64,000 bases of DNA from an uncultured delta proteobacterium (lineage in GTDB: Bacteria > Myxococcota_A > Polyangia > Haliangiales > Haliangiaceae). Made by a program: the position numbers and the translations under genes. Shown piece by piece: positions 23,280 through 35,626 of this stretch; the first letter of the stretch is position 1, and every line of letters starts with the position of its first letter. The DNA lies in contig CAWKDB010000010.1 of assembly GCA_963848295.1 (NCBI GenBank), positions 3,584,001 to 3,648,000 of the forward strand. The letters are read 5' to 3'. The notes under the pieces were generated by a model. The model made no database searches, was not told the DNA's origin, and saw only the letters and a program-made list of their open reading frames with translations.

Positions 23280-24645
23280 TGATTTTCAACAACTCAATTC
23301 TCGTCACGGTTGCCTGTCTGGTAGGCGCAGCGTGGCCGAGATCAGCGGGAGCGCAAGCAGCCCCGCACGATGTTCCGACGTTCGTGCAGCCCGAGGTCTC
23401 GGACCCGATGCTGGCGCCGCCCGAGGCCGCGCCTGCCGAGGTCCATTCGTGGGACGAGGCGCTCGGCCTCATGCGGCGCTCGCCGGACTATCTCGCGGGC
23501 GTCGATGCGGTCGCGCGCGCCGTCGCGCAGCACAGGATCGCGCTCGCCGCGGTGTTGCCGACGCTCTACGGCGCTGGCTCGTACAACCACAGCTTCAACA
23601 CGCTCGAGATCCCGTTCGGCACCGAGACGCTCGTGTCACCACCGCCGACGATCTGGTCGATCGGAGCGACCGCGTCCTGGAACATCGTCAATCCGCGCGG
23701 CATCTACGGCCTCGGCACCGCGGACCTCGCGACCGATGTCGCGAATCTTTCGCTCGCCGATCGCCGCCGTTTGCTCGCGACATCGGTGGTGTCGGGCATG
23801 CTCGCGACGCTCGCGGCCGGCCGGGTCGCCGAGCTCGACCGCGTCGGCCTGCGGTCCGCGCTCGAGCGGCTCGCCTTGACCGAAACGCGCCTCAAGTTCA
23901 GCCGCGGGACGCAGCTCGACATCGATCGCGCGCAGCAGGATGTCGAGGCTGCCCGCGCGCTCTTGATCGGCGGCGACGAATCGCTGCGCCAGTCGCGCGA
24001 GGCTCTCGGCGAATCGCTCGGCTTGCCGACCGCGCTCGCCGCGCCTCCCGATCTCGACCTCGACGGCTTCGAGCAGGCCGTCGCGACGACGTGCCGCCTC
24101 GGCAAAGACATCGAGCAACGCCCGGACGTCGCCGCCGCGAAAGGCCGACTCGCGATCGCCGAGCGCGCGATCACCGACGCCAAGCTGCAATTCGCACCGT
24201 ACATCGGGGTCAGCTCGCAGGTCGGATATCAGAGCGCGACCACGCTCGGACCAAGCGATACGTGGAGCGTGACCGCGACGCTGACGCTGCCGCTGTACGA
24301 CGGCGGTGCTCGCTACGGTGCCCTGCGCGACGCGAAGGCCGCCGCCGACCAGGCGCAGCAAGCGCTGACCGCGCTGCGCGTCGATGCGATGTTCGAAGCC
24401 GCCCGGGCAGCGCGAGCGATCGGCGTCGACACCGCGGCGCGCGATGTCGCGAAGCAGCAACGCGATCTCGCCGCTCGGATCGATCAGCGGACGCGCGAAG
24501 GCTACGTCGACGGCGTCGGCACGAGCTTGGACCTCGTGACGTCGGCGCAAGCGCTGCGCGCCGCCGAGATCAACCTCGTGCTCCTCGACTTTCAGCTGGC
24601 GCAAGCGCGCGCCGGCGCGGTCCTCGTCGACTCGGAGTGTGTCTA

Positions 24646-24649
<4 letters not shown>
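23279..24649 (+). CDS. TolC-family outer membrane factor
   Basis: Signal peptide; IEQRPDVAAA, LPLYDGG and YVDGVGTSLDL. Confidence 0.85.
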
Positions 24650-25896
<1,247 letters not shown>

Positions 25897-25899
25897 CGG

Positions 25900-28800
25900 A
25901 TGTCGGAGTTCTTCATCCGCCGGCCGATCGTCGCGATGGTGATCGCCATCGTCACGGTGTTGGTCGGCTTGGTCTCGCTGTTCGGGCTGCCGATCGCGCA
26001 GTTCCCGTCGATCTTGCCGCCGCAGATCAACCTGACGACGACGTACACCGGCGCCGACGCGCTCACGATCGAGCAATCGGTCGCGACGCCGATCGAGCAG
26101 CAGATGAACGGCGTCGATCGCATGCTGTACATCCAGTCGACCAACGCGAACGACGGGTCGATGAGTCAGATCGTGACCTTCGATGTCGGCACCGACATCG
26201 ATGTCGACAACGTGCTCGTCAACAACCGGTTCTCTCAGGCGCAACCGTTTTTGCCCGAGGACGTCAAGACGTTCGGGGTGACGATCAAGAAGTCACTCGC
26301 GTTCCCGTTGATGGTGGTCTCGCTGTACTCGCCCGACGGTCGCTACGACCCGGCGTTCCTATCGAACTACGCGCTGATCAACATCAACGACGCGTTGCTA
26401 CGCGTCCGCGGCGTCGGCGATATTCGCAACCTCGGTTCGTCCGACTACGCGCTGCGGGTCTGGCTCAAGCCCGAGCTGCTCGCGCGGCTCTCGCTCACGG
26501 TCGCCGACGTCCTGGCCGCGGTCCGCGCGCAGAACGTCGTCAACCCGGCCGGCCAGATCGGCGCCGAGCCGTCGCCGGACGGCCAGCAGATCACGTACAC
26601 GCTGCGGGCGCAGGGTCGACTGGTCGAGCCCGAGGAGTTCGGCGCGATCATCGTGCGCGAGAATCCCGATGGCTCGACCGTTCGCGTCCGCGACATCGCG
26701 CGGGTCGAGCTCGGCTCGCTCAACTACCAGCAATACGGCACGTTCGACGGCAAGCCGGCCGCGGTGGTCGCGGCGTTCCAATCGCCGGGGTCGAACTCGC
26801 TCGAGGTCGCGGAGCACATCCGATCGACGATGGCCGAGCTCGCCACGCACTTCCCGCCCGGCATCGCCTACAAGATCTCGCTCGACACGACCCGCTCGGT
26901 GACCGCGGGGATCCGCGAGATCATCGAGACGCTCGTCGAGGCGATCGGACTCGTCGTGCTCGTCGTGTTCATCTTCTTGCAGAGCTGGCGCGCGACGTTG
27001 ATTCCGCTGCTCACGGTGCCGGTGTCGCTCGTCGGCGCGTTCGCGGTATTTCCGTTCCTCGGCTTCTCGGTCAACACGCTGTCGCTGTTCGGCCTCGTGC
27101 TCGCGATCGGGCTCGTGGTCGACGACGCGATCGTCGTGGTCGAGGCGGTCGAGCATCACATCGAGCTCGGGAAGTCACCGCGCGACGCGACCCTCGCCGC
27201 GATGAAACAAGTGCAAGGCCCGGTGATCGCGATCGCGCTGATCTTGGCCGCGGTGTTCATTCCGGTCGCGTTCATGGCCGGCATCACCGGTCGGCTCTAT
27301 CAGCAGTTCGCCCTGACGATCGCGATCTCCGTGTTGATCTCCGCGTTCAACGCCCTCACGCTGAGCCCGGCGCTCGCGGCGCTGTTGCTCCGCCCTCGCA
27401 GCAAGAAGCGCAGCGTCCTGGGCCGGCTCGGCGACGGCTTCAATCGCGGGTTCACGCGCGCGACCAACGGCTATGTCGGCGTCAATCGGCGGCTCGTCCG
27501 CAAGCTGGTCATCCCGCTCGCGCTGCTGCTCGGCGTCGCGGGGGTCGCGGGCCTGATCGGCAAGAAGCTGCCTTCGGGGTTCATCCCCGACGAGGATCAG
27601 GGCTACGCGCTGATCGCGGTCCAGCTCCCCGACGGCGCGTCGCTGGAGCGGACCAAGGCGGTGTTCACGCAGATCGATCAGATCCTGGCGGCGCAACCGG
27701 GCATCGCGGACTACAACGGCGTCGCCGGCTATAGCTTCTTCACGCGCACCGCGGCGTCGTACACCGGCATCGCGTTCATCGCGCTCGAGCCGTGGGACGA
27801 GCGCGGTAGCGATCAGACGTCCGACGCGATCCTCGCGGCGATCAACAAGAAGTTCGCCCGGATCTCCGAGGCGCGCGTGATCGCGGTGTCACCGCCGGCG
27901 ATCCCCGGCATCAGTGCTGCCGGCGGCTTCAGCATGATGTTGCAGGACAAGAGTGGCGGGAAGTACGAGGTCCTCGCGCAGAACGTCCTCAAGTTCGTCG
28001 CCGCAGCGCGCAAGCGACCCGAGCTCGCCAACGTGCGGCCGAACTTCTCGCCGGCCGTGCCGCAGCTCTATGCCGATGTCGACAAGGAGAAGGCGCTCAA
28101 GCAAGGCGTCTCGATCACCGAGATCTACGCGACGCTCCAGACCTACCTCGGCGGCACGTACGCGAACGACTTCTCGCGGTTCGGCCGGCAGTGGCGCGTG
28201 TTCTTGCAAGCCGAGGCTGCGGATCGGATGACGCCGGAGGATCTCGGCAAGTTCTACGTGCGCAATGCTCGCGGCGAAATGGTCCCGCTCGACTCGTTCG
28301 TCAAGGTGCGCGCGATCAGCGGGCCCGAGTACACGGTGCGGTTCAACTTGTATCGCGCGGTCGAGATCCTCGGCCAACCGGCCCCCGGCTACAGCTCCGG
28401 ACAGGCGCTCGACGCGCTCGAAGACGTGGCGAAGCACACGCTGCCACCCGAGATGGGCTACGCGTGGAACGCGCTGTCCTATCAGGAGAAGGTCGCCGCG
28501 GGCGGCACGACCAAGACGCTCGGGCTGTCGCTCGTGTTCGTGTTCTTGATCCTCGCGGCGCTCTACGAGAGCTGGTCACTGCCGTTCAGCGTGCTGCTCG
28601 CGACACCGGTCGCGGTGCTGGGCGCGTTCCTCGGCTTGTTGTCGCGTCACTTCGACAACAACGTGTACTCGCAGATCGGCCTGGTCGTGCTCGTCGGGCT
28701 CAGCGCGAAGAACGCGATCTCTGATCGTCGAGTTCGCGAAGGACGGCTACGAGAACGGGCGACCGTTGATCGAAGCGGCGCTCGAAGGAGCACGCTTGCG

Positions 28801-29041
28801 GTTGCGGCCGATCCTGATGACGTCGTTCGCATTCATCTTCGGCTGCTTGCCGTTGTGGTCTGCGACCGGCGCGGGATCCGCGGCTCGGCGCGTGCTCGGC
28901 ACCGCGGTCGTCGCCGGGATGAGCGCCGCGACGTTGCTCGGCATCTTCTTCATCCCGTCGCTGTTCGTGTTCGTCGAGAAGCTCTCCGGCAGTAAGGACA
29001 AGCCTGCGGACTCGCCGGCCACGCCTCCGGACCGCCCCTAA
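25900..29041 (+). CDS. HAE1-family RND efflux permease (AcrB-like); apparent +1 frameshift at 28720
   Basis: MSEFFIRRPI, GLVVDDAIVVVE and LAALYESW. KNAILIVEFAK is broken by an extra T; RLRPILMTS is in ORF 28766..29041. Confidence 0.92.
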
Positions 29042-29052
29042 CAGGCTGCCCT

Positions 29053-29916
29053 CTACCTGCGAGCGGGTGCGCCGGCAGGCGCAGCGTGCGTCGCGGCCGG
29101 CGGCGGTGGCGGCGGCGGCGCCACTGGATGGTTCACGACCGCGGGCGGCGGCGGTGCGTGATAGACCGGCGGGGGCGGTGCAGGCGCACGCTCTGGGGCC
29201 GGTGGCGGCGACGGGCGATAGATCGGGGCGGGCGCGGGCTCGGGTTCGCGCGACACCGGCGGTTCGTTCTGCGCCGGTGGTTGAGCCGGCGGACGCACGA
29301 CGACGCCGGGCGGATCGATCGGATAGCTTCGAGGCGGCGGATCGTACGTGCGCACGCCGGTGATCGGCGGCGCGGTCCACTCGCGAGGTGGCCCGCCGCC
29401 GGTCGGCAGGCCGTTCGAGCTGCGCACGGGACGATTCGAGATCGGCCGATGCCAACCAGGTGGCGGCGTGACCGTCGTCGGCCGGCCACCCTCCGGCGCA
29501 CGCGCGCGCCAGCCCGGTGGAATGCGGTCGGGTCGCGACCAGTAACCGGGCGTGTAGCTGTAGTGGCCGCCGTTGTAGTCGTAGCTCGGCTGGACGTAGA
29601 CGTAGCCGGGTTGACGATGCTCCCATCGCCCACCGACCCACACCCACTCGTCGCCGTTCCAGTGCCAATAACCGTCGAGCCAGACGAAGCCGTCGCCCGG
29701 GGACGGCGTCATCGCGTCGTCGAGCGGATCGGGCGGCGGATCATCGACGTCTTGTTCGGCCGGCTCGCCGACCGTGACCTCGGCCGCGCCATAGCCCGAC
29801 GCGTAGCCGTACCCGTACCCAGGATTCACAGGTGATCCGTCGTGAACGACACACCCTTGCGTAGCGAGCGCGACGCCCGCGGCACCGATCCAGGTAGCTA
29901 TGCGACGCAAACGCAT
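29053..29916 (-). CDS. YXWGXW/WXXGXW-repeat Pro-rich lipoprotein
   Basis: ATQGC lipobox; FVWLDGYWHW, WVWVGGRW and YTPGYW. Confidence 0.8.
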   Translation of the reverse strand: MRLRRIATWIGAAGVALATQGCVVHDGSPVNPGYGYGYASGYGAAEVTVGEPAEQDVDDPPPDPLDDAMTPSPGDGFVWLDGYWHWNGDEWVWVGGRWEHRQPGYVYVQPSYDYNGGHYSYTPGYWSRPDRIPPGWRARAPEGGRPTTVTPPPGWHRPISNRPVRSSNGLPTGGGPPREWTAPPITGVRTYDPPPRSYPIDPPGVVVRPPAQPPAQNEPPVSREPEPAPAPIYRPSPPPAPERAPAPPPPVYHAPPPPAVVNHPVAPPPPPPPAATHAAPAGAPARR

Positions 29917-29972
29917 GAACTGCTCACACTCTAGTTGACGGTGTACCCCGCCACAAGTACACAGAATCCGCG

Positions 29973-30971
29973 ATGAAAACGGTGTTCTCCGGCATCCAGC
30001 CCTCGGGCGACTTACACCTGGGCAACTACCTCGGTGCGAATCGCAACTGGGTGACGCTGCAAGACCAATACCGGTGCATCTTCTGCGTCGTCGACTATCA
30101 CGCGATCACGCAGGACTACGACGTCGTGGCGATGCCGAAGCGCGTGCACGAGATGGTCGTCGATCTGCTCGCGATCGGCGTCGATCCCGAACGCTCGACG
30201 CTGTTTCTCCAGTCGATGGTGCCCGAGCACACCGAGCTGTGTTGGGTGCTCAACGCGGTCACCGGCTTCGGCGATCTCGAGCGGATGACGCAGTTCAAGG
30301 ACAAGTCCGAGCATCAGCCCGACAACATCAACGCCGGCGTGTTCGACTATCCGGTGCTGCAAGCCGCGGACATCATGCTCTACAAGGCCGAGCTCGTGCC
30401 GGTCGGCGCCGATCAGCTCCAGCACCTCGAGCTCGCGCGCCGGATCACGCGCAGCTTCAATCATCGCTGGGGCGAGACGTTCCCCGAGTGTCAGCCGCTG
30501 CTGACGAACATGCCGAAGCTGCTCGGCCTCGACGGCAAAGCGAAGATGAGCAAGTCGCTCGGCAACCACATTCCACTGTCGGTGTTCGCCGCCGATACGA
30601 CCGGCAAGGCGCTATGGAAGTTGTTGGGGCCGGCCGTGACCGATCCCGCGCGGGTCACGCGCACCGATCCGGGCAACCCCGACATCTGCAACGTCTTCAC
30701 GATGCACAAGGCGATCTCGCCGCCCGAGGACATCGAGTGGGCCGCGAACGGTTGCCGCACGGCCGGCATCGGTTGCGTCGACTGCAAGAAGAAGCTCCAG
30801 GCGAACCTCACCGCGCACTTCGCCGGTTACGTCGAGCGCCGCGCCGAGCTGCTCGCGAAGCCGGAGCGGGTCACGCAGGCGCTCCAGGCGGGCGGCGAGA
30901 AGGCGCGCGCGATCGCGAAGCAGACGATGGCCGAGGTGCGCGAGCGATTGGGGCTATGGCACTCGCCCTAG
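29973..30971 (+). CDS. trpS: Tryptophanyl-tRNA synthetase
   Basis: SGIQPSG, HLGN, YPVLQAADI, VPVGADQ and KMSKS. Confidence 0.96.
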   Translation: MKTVFSGIQPSGDLHLGNYLGANRNWVTLQDQYRCIFCVVDYHAITQDYDVVAMPKRVHEMVVDLLAIGVDPERSTLFLQSMVPEHTELCWVLNAVTGFGDLERMTQFKDKSEHQPDNINAGVFDYPVLQAADIMLYKAELVPVGADQLQHLELARRITRSFNHRWGETFPECQPLLTNMPKLLGLDGKAKMSKSLGNHIPLSVFAADTTGKALWKLLGPAVTDPARVTRTDPGNPDICNVFTMHKAISPPEDIEWAANGCRTAGIGCVDCKKKLQANLTAHFAGYVERRAELLAKPERVTQALQAGGEKARAIAKQTMAEVRERLGLWHSP

Positions 30972-31420
30972 GCACCCGGCGCTCGACCGTCGCTGCGGTC
31001 GCGAGTGCGCTCGCCGCGATGGCGCTCGCCGCGGCGGTCGCCGGTCGCAGCTGTCGGGTCAGCACGCCCGGGCCCGACGTCGCGGTGCGCGACATGTTGC
31101 AGGCGGCGAAGACCGGCGATCGCGACGTGGTCTACGAGCTGCTCGGGCCCAAGACGCGCGAGCGGCTCGAGCTCGAAGCGAAGCACGCGACCGATCTCGT
31201 CAGCGCGGCGGTCCGCTACAGCGCGAAGGATCTGATCAACATCGGCGCGAGCGATCCGAGCGCGGCCCCGACCGCGATCACCGTGCTCGAAGACCAGGGA
31301 GATCACGCGCTCGTCGAGGTCGTGGCCGCGAGTGGAGAACGCTCGCGCATCGAGCTGGCAAGAATTGACGGCGCGTGGCGGATCGAGCTGCCGCGCTACG
31401 GCAACGGTCCAGCGCCGTAG
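30956..31420 (+). CDS. Hypothetical exported protein (NTF2-like)
   Basis: N-terminal hydrophobic segment; LARIDGAWRI; overlaps the trpS end. Confidence 0.6.
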   Translation: MALALGTRRSTVAAVASALAAMALAAAVAGRSCRVSTPGPDVAVRDMLQAAKTGDRDVVYELLGPKTRERLELEAKHATDLVSAAVRYSAKDLINIGASDPSAAPTAITVLEDQGDHALVEVVAASGERSRIELARIDGAWRIELPRYGNGPAP

Positions 31421-31439
31421 CCCGTGCTATCACCGAGCG

Positions 31440-32210
31440 ATGCGGCGATCGTGTGTTGCGCTCTTGCTGTTTGCGGCCGGTTGTCCCGGGGCGCACACCG
31501 ATCGGCCTTACCCCGCGCCGACCGCCGCCGAGCTCGTCGCTCGGATCACGAAGGCGCGCGATCAGCTGACGTCGTTTCGAGCCGACAGCACGATGGACTA
31601 CTGGGTCGGCAGTCAGCGCGCGAAAGGCGAAGTGCTCGTGATGGGCAAGGTCGGGGCGAAGATTCGGTTCGCGGCGCTGTCGCCCGCCGGAGGCAGCACG
31701 GTCGTCGAGATGGCGTGCGACGGCGGCAACTTCGTGCTCGTCGACTATCAGAACAACTGCGCGCTGACCGGGCCGTGCGACTCGCACTCGATCGCGCGGT
31801 TCTTCCACATCGATCTCGCGCCCGACGATTTCCTGCACCTCGCGCTCGGCACGCCGCCGACCCCGGCGGAGCCGACCGGCACGGTGACGTGGGATGCGGC
31901 GCACGGCTACGAGAAGCTCGTGCTCACCGGCGGCGAGACCACCGAGAAGCTCACGATCGACGCGCGCGACCACCGGCTCGACGTGATCGACACCGAGCTC
32001 GATGCCGGTGGCAAGCCGGTGTGGACCGTCGCGAACACCGACTTCAAGACCGTCGGCGCGTTCCGCCTGCCCGGCAAGACGCGGTTCCAATCGCCGAGCG
32101 ACAAACAAGATCTCGTCGTCGAGTGGGGCCAGCGCGAGGTCAACGTCGACCTGCCCGACGCCAAGTTCGTGCTCGACGCGCCCGCCGGGCTGCCGATCTG
32201 CGGCTCCTAG
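31440..32210 (+). CDS. Hypothetical lipoprotein, possibly LolA/LolB-like fold (DUF4292-like)
   Basis: Lipobox AAGC; beta-rich; C-terminal VNVDLPDAKFVL. Confidence 0.6.
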   Translation: MRRSCVALLLFAAGCPGAHTDRPYPAPTAAELVARITKARDQLTSFRADSTMDYWVGSQRAKGEVLVMGKVGAKIRFAALSPAGGSTVVEMACDGGNFVLVDYQNNCALTGPCDSHSIARFFHIDLAPDDFLHLALGTPPTPAEPTGTVTWDAAHGYEKLVLTGGETTEKLTIDARDHRLDVIDTELDAGGKPVWTVANTDFKTVGAFRLPGKTRFQSPSDKQDLVVEWGQREVNVDLPDAKFVLDAPAGLPICGS

Positions 32211-32211
32211 C

Positions 32212-32550
32212 GGGGACGGTGTTCAACTTGTCAACCGGCCTGCCACCAAAGCTCAGAGATCTCAACTCCTTAACGGGGGACGGTGTTCACTTTGTCAACC
32301 GCCGCACCCGGTCCGGTGGCGGGGGACGGAGGAGCTTCTGTCAACCGGCGCTGGATCGCGATCGCATTGCTCGGGCAACTCACCGCCTATGTCGACGTCG
32401 CAGTTTGCGATGCCGTCACCCGGGACTCCGTGCCGGTGCGCCGTGATGCCAGCATCAAGAGTTGACAGAGATTCCTCCGTCCCCGGAACAAGTCACCGAG
32501 ATCCGTGGGCTCACCGGCCGAGCTCGGTTGACAAAAGTTCCTCCGTCCCC
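32212..32550. repeat. Cluster of five 25-bp repeats: three forward (32212, 32276, 32322) and two inverted (32460, 32526)
   Basis: GGGGACGGTGTTCAACTTGTCAACC, GGGGACGGTGTTCACTTTGTCAACC and GGGGACGGAGGAGCTTCTGTCAACC; on the minus strand GGGGACGGAGGAATCTCTGTCAACT and GGGGACGGAGGAACTTTTGTCAACC. Confidence 0.92.
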
Positions 32551-32552
32551 GA

Positions 32553-33173
32553 TTACTGCGGCACGCAGCAGTAATTGGTGTCGCCGCCCCTCGTTCCGGC
32601 CGGCGTGCAGACGAAGCCGCTGCTCGGGTCCAACGGCGGATCGGTGCTGCCGCAGCTGTAGCCAACGCCGACGCCGGCGCACGCGACGGTGGGATCGACC
32701 GCGCACGTCTGAATCGGCTCCGCGGTGTTGCAGCAGTACTCGTTCGCGCCGCCGTTGGCCTGCGCAGCGCTACACGCGATCGTCGGATCGGCGTCGCTCG
32801 GCCCGGTCGGTAGCGTGTCCTGGCCGGCGCAGCTGAACCCGACGGCAGCTCCGATGCAGCCCGCGATGTTCGGATCGGGCACGCAGTCGGTGTCGTACTG
32901 CGAGATCGGAATGCAGCAGTACAGCGCCGAGCCGTTGGCTCCGGGCGTTCCGTTCGAGCACACCAGGTTCGGGTCGCGTTGCGTGTCGGCGTCCGTGCCG
33001 TCGGGTCGATCGTCGGAGCAGTTGTACGAGATCGATCCTTGATCGCAGCCCGGCAGGTTCTCGATCACGCCGCAGGTACTCGGCGGCCCGTACGCCGGGT
33101 TCATGAAGTTGTCGGTCGTGACCTCTTGGCAGGCCGCGACGAGCCACGCGAGCAGGACGAGTGAGCTGCGCAT
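32553..33173 (-). CDS. Cys-rich lipoprotein with three 6-Cys modules
   Basis: Lipobox VAAC; three repeats each ending in YCC; the ATG overlaps the receptor stop (TAATG). Confidence 0.8.
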   Translation of the reverse strand: MRSSLVLLAWLVAACQEVTTDNFMNPAYGPPSTCGVIENLPGCDQGSISYNCSDDRPDGTDADTQRDPNLVCSNGTPGANGSALYCCIPISQYDTDCVPDPNIAGCIGAAVGFSCAGQDTLPTGPSDADPTIACSAAQANGGANEYCCNTAEPIQTCAVDPTVACAGVGVGYSCGSTDPPLDPSSGFVCTPAGTRGGDTNYCCVPQ

Positions 33174-35509
33174 TAGTGCCACCTGATCGTGAAGTTGCCG
33201 AGGAGCTCGCGGGGAACGCCGGGCGTGAAGCTGATGCCCTCTTGCGGGTTCGGGCCTTCGCCGGGGAGTCGCGAGCTCACCGCGAACTGACCCTCGCGAT
33301 AAACCGCGTCACCGATGTTGATGATGTATGCCGCCAGCTCGTAACGCTTGTAGCGGAGGCCGAGCTGACCGTTGAACACGGTGAACCCGGTCGCGGTCAG
33401 CGAGTTGTCGACCTCGGCAGGTCGATCGGACATCGCGCGCACGTTGAGCGATCCGATCAACGTCATGTGCGGTGCGATCGGGTAGAGCGCGCCGATCTCG
33501 GCGCTCAGCGTGTGAACCGGAGCGAGCGCGACGTACGTGGTCCCGGCCGCGATGTCGGCCGCATCGGTGTAGCGCGAGTGCGCGTAGGTGTACGTGCCCT
33601 CGGCGTAGATGATGTTCTTGTACTGATAGCGCGCGGTGATCTCGGCACCGTAGCGGCGCGTGGGGCCCGAGGGATCGGTCGAGGCCGTGTCGCCGTCGAT
33701 CGATTCCTCGGACGTCAGGTCGAGCAAGAATGCGAGCGCCGAGACCGCGAGACCGCGGAGCGGCTTGACCGTCGTTCCGAGCTCGCCGCCGGTCGCGCGT
33801 GCGATCAGCGTGGTCGCCGAGCCGACGACCACGGTACGCACGTCGTTCGAGTGAAAGCCCTGGCCGAAGTTCGCGAACAGCTCGACGTGCGACTCCGGGC
33901 TCACCACGAGCGCGGCTTTCGGCGAGAGCTGCGTCGCACCCCGGTAGCCGGACGGCTTGACGACCGCGGTCGGCGACAGGTTGTTGACGTCGGCGTCGAT
34001 CCGGTCGGCTCGCCCGCCGAGCATCACGCGCAGCCATCTGAGCGGCCGGTAGTCTTCTTGTAGGTACGCGCCGGACTCGGTCTCGTTGATGCCGGAGTCT
34101 TCGATCGGGCCGGGGATTCCGGGCAGACCGTCGAGTCGCATCCGGTCCTCGGTGCGGTGGAGCTGCGATTCCACGATGTCGTTCCGGACCTGGATGCCGA
34201 ACGTCGACTTCAGCGGACGGTCGAACGGCGTGTAGTCCTGGTGGATGCGGACGTCGAGCCCCTGCTCGAACCGCGCGTCATCCTGCTCGACCTGGGAGCC
34301 GTAGCGGATGCCCTCTGGCTGGAACGGCGCTGCGATCCCGTCGTTGGGAAACAACTGGAAGTTCGAGTGCAGCGAATACGCGATCGCTTCGAGGTCGCCG
34401 TGCGGGATCGGCTTGAAGTAGCGCGTCTGCAACATGTAGCGGCCGCTGTCGCCGCCCTGGCTCGGATCGACCGAGTCGAACCGATTGATACACCTGGCGC
34501 CCGCGTAGGCCCCGGGCACCGGGGTGCCATCGCCCTCGCCGCACACCGCGCGCGCGGGAAGCACGCCCGACATGTTCCACGTCCCGCTGTACGACATGCC
34601 TTCGAGCGACAGCGAGCTGCCGTCCTCGAACGATCGCGTCGCCTTCACCAGCGTGCTGAGCCGGTTGTAGTTCTCCGGGTGGATGAACGGGCCATCTTCA
34701 TCGAAGATCTCGACCGCGGTCACCATCCGCCACTTCGGGCCGAGGTCCGGCGACTCGACGATGACCGCGCGTTTGTGCCCGTCCTGACCGAGCTCGACCT
34801 TTGCGAGGCTGTCGTCGACGTGATCGGCGGTGCGAAAGTTCATCGACCCGGCAGTCGCGAAGTCGCCGACGAGCGGCGAGTACGGACCCTTGGTCGCCTC
34901 GATACTCTCGACCGTCTCCGGGATGATGAAGTGCAGATCGAGGTAGCCCTGGCCGTGGCCGTGGCTGACCGCGTTGATCGGCACGCCGTCGATGAACCCG
35001 GCGAGATCCGTGCCGTGATCGAGGTCGAAGCCGCGCAAGAAGTACTGCTGCGCCTTGCCGCCACCGGCGTGTTGCACCGTGAACAGGCCGGGGACTTCTT
35101 GCGTGAGATCTTCGGCGCGAATGTGCGGGCGGAGCGAGAGCTGGCGCCGATCGACGACGTTGTCGGAGGCGGCGAGCGGATCGGGATCGATCAAGGACGC
35201 GGGGCGATCGACGTGGCCGCTCATCTGAATGATCTCGTTGCCGATCTGATCGGAGAGTCGGGGCAGGGCGACGGGCCCCGAGCCCGAGCCCGAGCCATCG
35301 GTCTGCGACGAGCCGCTCCCCGATCCCGTGTCGGGCGTCGCAGGGGTCGCGCTTCCCGTGACCGAGCCGCTCCCGGCAGCGGAGCCGCTCGCTGGAGCAT
35401 CGCTGCCGGCCTCTGGCGAGCCGGCGTCGGGTGGAGCTTGAGCAAATGATCGATAGGAAGCTGCGAGCACCAGCGTGGCGCTGGCGACCGCCGAGAGAGG
35501 AATCTTCAT
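33173..35509 (-). CDS. TonB-dependent receptor with a His-containing plug (probable metal uptake)
   Basis: Signal peptide; QHAGGGKAQQYFLRGFDLDHGTD, VSHGHGQGYLDLHF and IEATKGPY; C-terminal beta-strand. Confidence 0.9.
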   Translation of the reverse strand: MKIPLSAVASATLVLAASYRSFAQAPPDAGSPEAGSDAPASGSAAGSGSVTGSATPATPDTGSGSGSSQTDGSGSGSGPVALPRLSDQIGNEIIQMSGHVDRPASLIDPDPLAASDNVVDRRQLSLRPHIRAEDLTQEVPGLFTVQHAGGGKAQQYFLRGFDLDHGTDLAGFIDGVPINAVSHGHGQGYLDLHFIIPETVESIEATKGPYSPLVGDFATAGSMNFRTADHVDDSLAKVELGQDGHKRAVIVESPDLGPKWRMVTAVEIFDEDGPFIHPENYNRLSTLVKATRSFEDGSSLSLEGMSYSGTWNMSGVLPARAVCGEGDGTPVPGAYAGARCINRFDSVDPSQGGDSGRYMLQTRYFKPIPHGDLEAIAYSLHSNFQLFPNDGIAAPFQPEGIRYGSQVEQDDARFEQGLDVRIHQDYTPFDRPLKSTFGIQVRNDIVESQLHRTEDRMRLDGLPGIPGPIEDSGINETESGAYLQEDYRPLRWLRVMLGGRADRIDADVNNLSPTAVVKPSGYRGATQLSPKAALVVSPESHVELFANFGQGFHSNDVRTVVVGSATTLIARATGGELGTTVKPLRGLAVSALAFLLDLTSEESIDGDTASTDPSGPTRRYGAEITARYQYKNIIYAEGTYTYAHSRYTDAADIAAGTTYVALAPVHTLSAEIGALYPIAPHMTLIGSLNVRAMSDRPAEVDNSLTATGFTVFNGQLGLRYKRYELAAYIINIGDAVYREGQFAVSSRLPGEGPNPQEGISFTPGVPRELLGNFTIRWH

Positions 35510-35626
35510 TGATTGTCCGGGCGAAAGAGGTTCGTCACGCACAGCGAGCGCGCTGACCGCACACGCCGGATCAGGCGGCGGCTCTTCAGGCCGATCCGCA
35601 GCCGGCGTTGCTCGTCCTATGAAAGC

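Noticed and set aside
28700..28745. Programmed frameshift or true truncation of the RND permease
   Set aside because: There is no slippery sequence. A single extra T breaks the conserved KNAILIVEF motif, matching the other indel-like errors.
32212..32550. CRISPR array
   Set aside because: The repeats occur in both orientations, differ in the core and have spacers of 21-113 nt. No cas genes are present.
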